Assembly (NCBI GenBank): GCA_002633005.1
Contig: NMRA01000006.1
Span: 80,485-144,484, forward strand
Source of the DNA: Phoronis australis
Lineage: Eukaryota > Animalia > Phoronida
Length of the DNA: 64,000 nucleotides
Direction: 5' to 3'
Each line of letters opens with the position of its first letter. Position 1 is the first letter of the stretch. Both the position numbers and the translations under genes were made by a program. Below, in pieces: positions 38,594-49,386 of the stretch. The notes under the pieces were generated by a model. That model worked only from the letters and a program-made list of their open reading frames with translations. It was not told where the DNA came from and made no database searches.

Positions 38594-41500
38594 TTACGTT
38601 ATTCTGCTGTACAAAACAGTGTCTCCTCTTTTCATGTGAAATTCTCGCACTTTGTCACGTATCTTCTCCACGTCTGGGTGCTCACTGGTGCCACGTAGCT
38701 TCATCATTATCTCTAATGCCCGTTCGTACTCCTTTATCGCCTTCTCTAAGTCACCTTGGGCAGCATAGGTGGACCCAATACACTTCAGGACGAAGACGAT
38801 GTCCTCGTGTTCTTCGCCTTTGTGTAGTCGCTGACTCATCGCAAGCGATTCGGCAAATTTGTTTAAAGCTAAGTCAAACAACTTCACCATTTTGTAGATA
38901 TTTCCAGTGTTGTTTAACATGGTCACAATGTCCGGGTCGTCGTTTCCTTTGAGTAGGCGCTTCTTCATGCTTATTGCCTGGTTGTAGCTCTTCGCTGCGG
39001 CATCAAGCTGCCCGTTATACAGACTCAATCCACCTACGTTTTTCAATGACTCTACTACGTCAGTGTGGTCGCAGTCCCCGTGTAGACGTTTGTTGATTTC
39101 CAATGCCTCGGTGTAAACATTCAAGGCTTTCCCTATCTCTCCCTTCATTGTATGTATGGCGCCTATGTTATTCATGGTATCTAAAACACTCTCGTGGTCT
39201 CTTGTTCGGTACAACCTGTCTTGCATCTCGAGAGATTGTTGAAAATACGTCAGCGCACTGTCGTGATCTGCTAGTCTAAATGAGAGACTGCCGAGATTGC
39301 CCAGAGTCCTCACAGTGCTGCGATGGTCTTTGTTAGCTCGTACTCGTTTTTCCATCTCAAGAGATTGAGAGTAATAGTCAATAGCTGTTTTACATCTACC
39401 TATCTTACTAAAGGCCTCTCCTATTGAGTAAAGCGACTCAACAACATCCATGTGGTCTTTGTCAGCACACAACCTTTTTATCATTTCCAAAGATTTGAAA
39501 TAAAAATCAAAAGCCTCTGTTGTGTCTCCTTTGAGTAACCACACGTCTCCCATGTGTTTCAGAGACGCCGCGACGTCTTTATGGTCTTCCTCTTTAAACA
39601 GCGTCTTCCGTATTTCAAAGGACTGTTTGGTGTATTTTTTAGCATGTTCGATATTTCCAGTCGCAACATTTAACAGCCCAAGCTTCTCCAAAGTCTTAGC
39701 TACTGCGTGATTGTTGCCGTCTGGAAATATTTGTCTGTTCATCAGCAATGCTTCTTGGAACCTTTGTTCTGCTAAACTCGTCTGACCCATTATCTGGTAA
39801 AGGGTGGCTACGTTTTGAAGTCTGCCAACCAAGATTGGATGAGCTACGTCTTTGTATAAGCGTTTTGCCATTTCCAAGGAATCTTCACAATACTTCAATG
39901 CCAAATCGAACTTGCCGATGTACTGATACACAATTCCTATATTATTCAATCTCGCTTCCTTCTTTCTATGGTCTCCTGGCCCAAAAAATGTTTGCGTCAG
40001 TTTGAGACATTCGTCATAGTATTCCAACGCCAGATCAGGATCTTCTTTGTAAATAGTTCCAGCAATATTGTTTAGACACGACTCCAGGTTGGGATGACCG
40101 TTTATGCCATAAAACTCCCTCATAATGCGCTGTCCTTCTGTGAAGTATTCCAAAGCTGCTTTATGTTCGCCTTTCTCGCACAATACGCAGCCAATGTTAA
40201 CTAATGTTCCTGCAATGTCTGGGTTGTCTTCACCCGACTTTAATTTCCTCTGTATTTCAAGAGACTGGTTGAAGTACTGCATCGCTAGTTCAGTTTCTTG
40301 CATTTCTTTGAACACCGATCCGATGTTTTCCATAGCTGCTGCGACCCCGAGATGGTCATCAGTCTTATGAATATTTTTGGTCATTTCCAATGACTCGAAA
40401 CAATAACGCAGCGCTAATTCGTAGTTGCCCAATTCAAGATACGCTAAACCAATGTTGTTCAAGCAGGACGCTATCAGCGGGTGTTCGCTGCTGCTAATAA
40501 CCCTTTTCATCATTTCAAGGGCATCTTCGTAGTACTTCACTGCTATTAGCCACTGACATTTATCCTCGTATGCGCCCCCTATACTGGTTAACGCCGCAGC
40601 AATGAGTGACGAATCGAACTCTGTGTCTCCTTGAATACGCCTCATCATGTCTATGGATGCTGTTTGATATTTTATCGCCTCGTCCGGTCGCCCTTTGTCT
40701 CTGTATATTGCTCCAATTATTTGAAAAGATGCACTGATAACGACGTTGTCATCGTCAGGATATAGTCGTCTCATCATGTCCAAGGCTGCGTTACCGCGGC
40801 TTAGGGCTTCGTCCAGTCTGCTCTGTTTGGCCAGATCAACGGCTATGCTGTTCAGGTACTTGGCAATCCATGGATGGTCCTGGTCACCTTGAATTCTTGT
40901 CATCATCTCCAGAGATTCGGTTACGTATTTCAAGCCTAGATCCGCCGAACCCATTTCGCTATGTATTTGACCAATAATAAACATAGACGCCACAATTGCA
41001 GGGTGATCGTTGCTGCTGTGTAACGACTCGTGAACTTTATGGGATGCTTTCAAATATTTCAAAGCTTCTTCGAATTCGCCCTTTTCTCTATGAGCACTTG
41101 CAATGTTGCTGAGGCATGCTGCAACATCTCCGTTGTTTTCATCTCCATAAACACGTTTCATTATGGTGTGAGCTTTTTTGAAATGCTCAATAGCTTCATC
41201 AAACTGTGATTTTTCCACAAGTGTAGTGCCAATATTTGTGAGACAAACCGCCAGAAGGCGTTCTTGACTACGATCACCGAGTCTTGTTATCATCAGCAGA
41301 ACATCGTTATAATATTTCAATGCGAGGTCAAAGTCGCCAATTTCTTCATAAATGCTGCCAAGATTGTTAAGGCATATTGCAACCTCCAAATGATCTCCTT
41401 GATATATTACTTTGTTTACCTCACAAGCCAATTGACAGTAATCTAAGGCTTGCCTAAGACGTCCCTCGCGCTGGTAGGTTTCCTTTATCTGGCTCAAGCA

Positions 41501-43251
41501 TTTTGAAACAAAGCAATCCTTAGCATCAAATAAGACGTCTTTTCCTTTGTAGCATATTTTTCGCGTGTTACACAATCGTTGCTCTTCCGGTCTTAATTGC
41601 TGCCAAGAGCGCTCAATGCAGGAAACAAATTTGTCTCGAGCTGTTTCAAATGATAGGCACTGGAGCTCAATGGACGCCACATAATATTCATCCTCATCAT
41701 AAAAAGAGTCTGGAATACATTCTTCTGATAAACACGTATCCACCTCAAGGTTGGCGAAATAATTGCACAGTGGCTGCATTGTAAAGTAATAGCGGAATAC
41801 AAGTGGCTTTACGTTCTTGAAGTTTGTCGCAGTCGCGCTATTTTTCTGCTTGCTGTCATCGGCTGGGCGTGCCGTTAGAATACTTATGAGCTCGTTTTGA
41901 TGAGATTTATCTGCGTAAGTTAGCAGTCTCATCAGCGCCACGAGAGAAACGATGAATTTTAAGTTGTGCGAACCTTCTTCAGTCAGTTTCCCCTTTGAGT
42001 ACATTTCATCTAAAATGTCCCAAGAGTTGTCACTTTGTAAGCAAAATACCGTTTTGAATAAGCTGACTATCAGCGTCGGCATGCGATACATGTCTTGCTT
42101 AATATCGTGCACCGTTCGAGTGTCCTTGTGAAAGGACAGTTTGGGGTAGAACTGGTGAATCAGCTCTTGTATCTCCTTTAACGCCTTTTCTCTCATGACT
42201 GTTTCGCTTTTATACTTGGCTCTAGCAGCGACAAACACGTCAACCAGTTCGTCTGCGTTCTTGCTTCCGTCCACTTTCACCGACGTTCCCATTATTCTAT
42301 CAATATTATTACCCTCTGTCGCAGCTGTCTTCTCCTCGCATAGCATTGCCATGTGCTGGGGGGTTCTGATTAGTTCTCGTCCCGGTTTATCAGGACGCGC
42401 TGGACGTCCAACAGGAGTGTTACAAGCATACGGGGCTGCGCTATCGAACTGAAACCCTCTAGGTGCAACGGTATCCATGAACCAATGACCACCGGGTGTG
42501 TCGTAATCATGTAATGACTTGATATTTAAAGACTTCAAGAGCGTTTCGCCAATGTTCAGTACAAACATATGAACCATTCGCGTCAGATTCCTGAAGTACT
42601 CAATCTCCTTTGTCTCATCTTCCACCAAAATGCACCACTCCAAGTCGGAGAATGGAGTTGTGTCCCCTCTTGCTAGAGATCCCAAAGCCAGCGCTGCATA
42701 CTCCTGTGGTGGCTCTCCTACTATTTCTTTACTCAACGTAATCATGCGCTCAATCAGTTCCATCAATTCCTTACACATGTCATCAAACAGACTTTGAATG
42801 CCTTCTATCAGGTCTTTTTCTAGAAGTATTCTTTCCGATGTTGGGAGACCCAAATCAAAGCTCTTTTCTATTCGATCTAACAACTCGGCGGCTCTATGCC
42901 TCGTGTTTGTCCTTATTTGATTTAACGTTTCCTTAAACTCAAATCTAAAATCTGATGGGTGCTTATCAGGTCTAACACAGAGTACTTTACAAAATGACTT
43001 CTCGTTTCTGTTAATCAAGTGATGAAGCTCCTTAGCAAACCCGTCAATCTTAGTTCGCAGGAGAGCTGCATTGTAAAGACCCCCGGCCCACACAAAGTGC
43101 TGAACACGCTTCGTCAAAATTCCTAGCTCTTCATGAACCTCCCCCAGTTCCTTTAAGATGCCTGCCTCTCTCTCCAAATCTTTACGCGAGTCTTGAATGA
43201 GAATGAGGGCTAGCTCATCCTCTCTGGCAAGCAATGATGCTACCTTGTCGT
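38594..43251 (-). CDS. Main 4.66-kb exon of a DUF294/GlnD-like nucleotidyltransferase + 22xTPR protein
   Basis: Acceptor tttttgtttatttttgtag then phase-1 AC GAC AAG. NTase motif YAALALGSLARGDTTPFSDLEWCIL (core 42682-42638); helical substrate-binding-like region DIKQDMYR..SWDILDEM..MRLLTY; 22 kinesin-light-chain-type ~44-aa TPRs (HP.vA..LnNiG..Y...G....Al.yy..aLem) over ~41510-38640. Confidence 0.92.
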
Positions 43252-43886
43252 CTACAAAAATAAACAAAAATATTCTACAGTACAGGCCAAAAGCATTTGG
43301 ACAAAACGAATTCGTCGTCAGCGTAGTCTTCCCTCATGACCGAAAACGAAGTGAATAAACAGGAAAGCTAGAAAGATGGCTAATTCATCATGTAAAGTTT
43401 ACTGTTAACAGAAATGGTCGTTATGACGGGGAAACGGTATTTTGACTGAATATTGAAAAGTTCTTCATACACAGTCAATCAGTCATTTAAAAGAATACTA
43501 AAACCTGATTTGATGATTTCAACCAATCTTAGTTCTGTCACCTGCTAATGCATCATTGTCGTCTTTCTTGAAAGATAAAAGCAGGAATCAACTAAAAGCT
43601 CGTACTCTCTATTTCACAGATTGGATATTACATTCCTTGGTGGGTGGTCTTTTCCCTCAGTTGCCGTGTAATTCGCTAAAAGCGTAGGCCACGTTTGCCC
43701 GTATACTAGACTTTGAAAGGAGGTTTCAAATTTTCCTACAAACCTTTGAGGGTAATCGAGGGTTAGAGAGCATTATTTTGTTTCAGAGAACTAGACGGGG
43801 AAAGTCGTTTGTAGTAGCTTTTAACCGGGTTTAGTATCCTTTTAACGTTTTCAGTTATGGTTCTAAAACCTTTGTCAAGCAAATGA

Positions 43887-44059
43887 CGTTGTGAGTGGGT
43901 TGGACGAGTGGCGCCATCCTCCTGCAGGAATAGAGACATCGGCCTGTATACCTTGCCTAATATGTGCGGCCTTGCAGCGCACTAGAAGCTGACAAGCGGG
44001 CTGATAGGTTTCCCCACGTCCTATAAGGATAACGTCACTCGTCCAACCCACTCACAACA
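43887..44059. mobile_element. 173-bp MITE in the intron of the NTase-TPR gene
   Basis: ~33-bp TIR GTTGTGAGTGGGTTGGACGAGTG(G/A)CG..ATCCT; TGA flanks both sides. Confidence 0.8.
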
Positions 44060-45032
44060 TGATGCAGCCGATTTCATGATGGTGTTTCAAAGTTAAACCT
44101 GGTTTAAATTGGACATATACCAGGTTTAAAAATAAGCGCTTTTTTAGCAATTTTGCTTATGGACATTTTAAAAACTTTTACTATCAATAAAAATCTCAAA
44201 AAGAATTCAATAATTGAATAATCCTGACACGTGGCAATTGTTCTTCGCAGCATTGACGACTGGTTAACACAAACATTTTGGAAATCGGGGGACGCAGCAA
44301 AAATAATCGAATCTGGTACACGCATTTTTTTCTTTAAGCTTGCCTTTTTTGTAGACGATCAAGACACCTGTTGCAGAAGGAAGCAAATCTTTCATGCTTA
44401 CGATCTCCGTGGCTCTTAACAATCTGTTTTTTGTCGTTCTCTTGTCAAAAATAGCCAACAAATATGGCAGTAAATGTGTCATGTTTTAGCGAATGGCAGC
44501 TGAAGATTCGATAGTTGATGTATATCTATACGGTGTTACATTTTATGTAATAAAACTATTAAAGGAGAATGCGACTCGATTTCGTTAGTTCTCAGTTTGT
44601 ACACTTCGTTCGCGTTCAAAGCTGAACATCGATTAGTTTTGGCAAGAATTATTTTACATTAGTAACTTTTCTTCAGTGTATTAGGTTTTATATTGGTCTA
44701 AATTGCGATTGATTTTTGCAGTTATGAAGCCTCAATGTCACGTGACTTCCAGTAAAGCTGCTAAAAATCTGGGCTCAGCTGGTTTGTCACTCAGTTCGTG
44801 ATTGTATGAGACCATGTTTGTAGCAAAAAATGACCCCGTGAAAAGCCAATTTGTTGATTATGGTCTCGAGTGGTAACGAACTGTCAGTTCTCTGCAAGCC
44901 AGAAACTATATTTAATCTCAGAAAGGAAAGAGTTGAATTTGTAAGCGGTCTAAATCAAATGGGCTATTGCATCTTCAATTGGCATGACACTTATGTCGGA
45001 AGGTACTGCACATCCCAAGGCATTTGTCTTAC

Positions 45033-45084
45033 CATTTACACTTGATGTTTCTTGCTTTACCCTGGACTCGGGAACTGCCTCCAT
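45033..45084 (-). CDS. Predicted first coding exon of the NTase-TPR gene (MEAVPESRVKQETSSVN + G)
   Basis: ATG in good Kozak context (aatATGG) with an in-frame upstream TGA; 52 nt ending G|gtaaga is phase 1, matching the phase-1 acceptor at 43251; upstream acceptor ttttctccttttag at ~45133. Confidence 0.7.
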
Positions 45085-46002
45085 ATTACCTCGTGAACAA
45101 TAACGGTCTGCTCAACTGTATATGTGGCGGTTCTAAAAGGAGAAAATCCGCTTTTTAGCTTTTGTAGTAACACTAATATTGTTTGTCACGGTGTTACGGA
45201 CGAAAGTGCATTTTGGGGATTTTGTTGGGTGGAAAGCTTCGATCTAAGATCTAAAACTACAAAATCCGTAGGGTTTGTGATTTGATTGCAAATCGCCTAT
45301 TCTGCCCCTTGTCTGTCAGACATTCAATAGAATCGAGGTCGACGACTTGATCAGTCAGAACATAAGTGTATATAAAGTGGAACTTGCAGGCCAATGCCTT
45401 ATCTCTGTGATTGCTTGGTGAAATTAGAAAAACAACATATAACGACGATGTGAATATGAAGTAGGTTGATTGTCAAATATTTTTAAGAACTAGTTTCGTG
45501 TTGAAAAGATCCGCCGTAAATCACACAACTGTGTCCACTAAGTATGGTGAGGTGGTGTTGGCGAATAACACTACATGACGCGGATTATGGATGAGCCTCC
45601 AAGGTACGTCATTAGTGCAAACAATGTCACCTATTTGCAGATTTTTTTGTTTTCACGTTTACACGTTGTCATCGGAATACAAGTACACTTTATTTATTGT
45701 AGATGATGTTCAAATGCCATTGTCCTCCAGTTCCTGCTGTACATCAACATAGTTAAAAGATTGTGCAAATACATCTCACTACGTGATTAAATACACCAGA
45801 AATACTTTGCATTTATCGAGGGAGACTAAAATCTGCAAGCAGAGCGTTTGGATAAGACCCCGGGGGGTGAGACCCCGGGGGTACAGGTTCGAATAAATAC
45901 GTGATGAGCTGGTCATCTCAGACATTGCATATCTCGTCGACAATGTTCCTTTAAAGATGTCTCCTAGAGTGTCCCGGATCTATGCGCGAAAGGTTTTATA
46001 AC

Positions 46003-46445
46003 TTTATTTATTTTATTTATTTATTTATTATTGTGATATTTAAAATGAGGGTGGCCTCCTCTGTGGTAGCACTGCTTTCCAAGAGGGCCCTCAACAAGAA
46101 AAACAGTAATATAATACAATGAAGTAGTAAAACAACAATGAAATATACGTGACAAAGATACAATTAAAACAGGTAAGGTTGAGAATTAAGACAATAACTA
46201 AATGACAAATAATAGTAAAGACAGAGGAAATAAATTAAGAGATGACTCTAGACAATGAGAGTATTTACGACAATGACAAAATGACATGATTAAGACAGGC
46301 AGGGTATAAAAGGTTAAGTAAATTACAGCCACTTTTTAACATTAACTTTAAAGGTAGTAATTGAATGGGCTAAAAGAATTCCATATTATAGCAGCTGCAT
46401 AGATAAAAGATCTCTTGGCCGTCTCGGTTTTATTTTTTTTAGAAG
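46003..46445 (-). mobile_element. 3' end of an L2/CR1-type LINE
   Basis: Minus strand encodes KTETAKRSFIYAAAIIWNS...FKVNVKKWL* (typical L2/CR1 ORF2 C-terminus), then a 3' UTR stem-loop GAGGGCC..GGCCACCCTC and an (AAAT)n tail. Confidence 0.8.
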
Positions 46446-47598
46446 AAACATTGCCAGCAACAGAAGAACGTGTAGAATAAACAGCCTGACTGCTATTGAA
46501 TTTACTGCTGAGATATGCTGGAGCCAAGCCATTGATACATCTGTATATACAACAGGCAGAGAGATATTTATTTCAGACAACGTAACTTTGATGTTTTAAT
46601 CAGTGTAATGCACAATTCGCCGAAAAACTTCAGGCGTATGAAGCGCCTATAGGAGCTTCACCGCCTCTACTTCCATCTGGACAGGTCACTGTCTACATGT
46701 TAAAAGTTTCGTGACGAGGTGACGACCAGTGAGAACTACCCGCCGGGGCTGTGTAAAATTTTAAAGTCTAACAGAGCTCAACATACAGTGCGTGGTACAA
46801 CATACAGTGCGTGGTACCATACACGTAGCTGGGTGGCTTCAAGATCTGCAGCCTGAGTACGCACTTAGACGTTTCGTGTTACGATGGAGACATAATATGA
46901 AAGCGTCGATAGGCTTCGACTGATGCGAGCGCCATCTTAAGTTTTTGGCGCTACATGGGGCTCGTGTTGGGGCTACTGTACAGACAGTTATATCAGGCAT
47001 TCTTAACGACTGGTCACCTTATGTTGATCAGATGATGTTATTCTTTAATACATGTAGTTTAGATATGAAATAGTCACTTTGGCACCATAGTAGGCCCTTT
47101 AAGTCATTTTTTATGAAGCTGGTCCCAGGTGAATGAGCATTTTGCTTCGCCGCTTGCGATGACATGAGAAGTGGCTTTTTAGCCAGCTGAGATCAAATCT
47201 CTCCGCCTGCACTCACAAGCGTCAACTCTCACAGAATGCAGGCAAAATAAAGAGAATGCTCAGCAGATGAAAATTAAGTAATTGCATCTCTTCAACGATA
47301 ATGCAGTCATAAGTGGTGCATGCTTTTAGAGGGCAGTAGGCCATTTGGCCACTCTGTATGCAGCTAACCAGGGTAGAGTTAAGTAACGGTAGGGCCTCGC
47401 TTAAATCTAGCCAAAATCACGTATTTTCATTTGAAATGCACGGCAATATCTCACGTAAACCGGGGATTAGCATTACTGAACTCTTAACCCGCGGCATCGA
47501 ACTATCTCAGTTGTGTTATCGAGTCAGTTGAGTCATCTTGCAGCAGCTGACGGAGCTCACAGCCTACCGCCGCCTGTGCCTCTACATGTACAGTGAAT

Positions 47599-47703
47599 CA
47601 CAGGCGTCCTCAGCTTCTGATCGTCCCCAATATACCACATATAACACTATAGTAGTATTATATGTAGTGTACTGGGGACGATCAGAAGCTGAGGACGCCT
47701 GTG
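47599..47703. mobile_element. 105-bp fold-back MITE with perfect 8-bp TSD (P- or hAT-like)
   Basis: Perfect 31-bp TIR CACAGGCGTCCTCAGCTTCTGATCGTCCCCA; imperfect pairing continues to the centre; CAGTGAAT at 47591-47598 and 47704-47711. Confidence 0.92.
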
Positions 47704-49361
47704 CAGTGAATAGTCTACCACTTGCTTTGTTCTGAGTGAACACCAAGCGACTATTTTATGTTCGTGTTGATATCTCGCTGTAGCTAGGCCTAGACTACAG
47801 TGGTACTTGGTTAATACTGTAAACACAATAGTCAAATGATATTACCTTGTAGGCGTAGTATCTCATCCGAGTTCTACAGGCACTGAAAGTGTCGCAGCTA
47901 GTAACCAGTTCTCATCTTGTACGAATGATTTAGAAATGTTACATCCCGACTTACACACACAAATAACTGTCTATATATAGTTGACCTACTTAATTGTGTA
48001 TGGCGCATGGCTGCAAAAAATACGTTTAGCATTCAAACACCATGAATCGATGGCCGAACAAACCTTTGTCTCTCGATCCGCTTTGACGAGAAGGTAATCT
48101 GTTAACTTGGGCATGTGTCATAGATTTGGAAATCTCAACCGGCACACCACACTGTATTTCGTTCGCTTGTCCTCGGTATAGGCCTACGAATCCTGAAGGC
48201 AAACGTGGCGAACACGATGTAATGTACTCTTTGGTAAGCCTAATCGAATATCGAAACCGAAAGATTTGCGTTGTATATTACTCAGCGAATATGAATTTTA
48301 CCCATTACTTCACGTAGTCAACTAAACGACGTGCGCGCACTCAGCCTTCAATTTGGGTGGCTCGAATTCCTGACGTTGTGAACTGACAACAAAAAAGCTG
48401 CGGTCGGACTAAAAAAAAAAAACGGGGGTACTACCGTGAATTGCGCGTTTGTGTTTGTTTAGTGGATTTTTGTCTCATTTTCTCGGATTCTTTGTTTCTT
48501 TGACGCGGACCCGGTTTTTGCCCACTTCACCCCCTCCCCCCCGCCCGGTTCGCGCATGAACGACTACCTGATGTTAAACTGCATGCAATGCCAGTTCAGT
48601 TGTACGTGCCATTGGCCAGCGCAGCACTGAAATAAGTGGAGGCGGCCCTATGGTGCCCCCCCCCATGCTTTATTAATGAAATGTCCGGTATGGCAAGAAA
48701 TGTCTCTGTGTTCAAGTAACGTTATCGTTAGTGAACGAATGAGTTCAATTTTTATAATTCGTAAATTCATTTTTAGTACTTGTGTCTAAAAACTGCATGT
48801 CGGACTGCTACCTATTAGACAAGTAGTAGCCTAGCCGGCTTATCATGTTTAACCGCCATGTGAAATGTCTGAAGTCATGTTGCTTGTGAGTTGTTTAGCT
48901 ATAGATAAAAAACATTTTATGTCAAAAGAATGTCTTGATTACAATGTTTTATAGAGAAGTATTGGTAAATGGTGAAGGTATAATAAACGCCATTCCCAAA
49001 TGACGTCTTTTATTCCATATTAGTTGGTCTGGGATTATTTATGGTTAACCCGTGTGTTTATATTATATCAGGTGTTTTTTAGTGGTATGAACGCTGCTGG
49101 ATACTGACAATGTTGTTTTAAAACCTGTCTTTTAGGGAGAGACAGAAACGCCCTTTGAGTACAAAATTGTAGGTTTACGCGAGGCACACCATGCAACTGA
49201 TCACCGACTGAGTAGAGTTTCGAGAACAGAGAATTTTCCCCTGGCCCTGAAGTTATTTAATATTCATTGCTAGAGCTCTTTCTGTACGTAATTTTTTTTC
49301 ATTTTTATTTCGCGAGGAGAACAGAGCTTTTATGTATTTCATGTTGACAATTAATATGCTC

Positions 49362-49386
49362 TGTGTGTGTGTGTGTGTGTGTGTGT
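49362..49386. repeat. (TG)n microsatellite
   Basis: Seen directly. Confidence 0.9.

Noticed and set aside
38594-43251. NLR/STAND (NB-ARC-TPR) protein or true kinesin light chain
   Set aside because: No Walker A/B motif and no KLC heptad region; the N-terminal domain carries an NTase GS..SDLE motif instead.
38594-43267. Bacterial contaminant or prokaryotic ORF starting at TTG 43267
   Set aside because: The apparent start is a splice acceptor with a phase-matched upstream exon, and the flanks are animal transposons and spliced genes.
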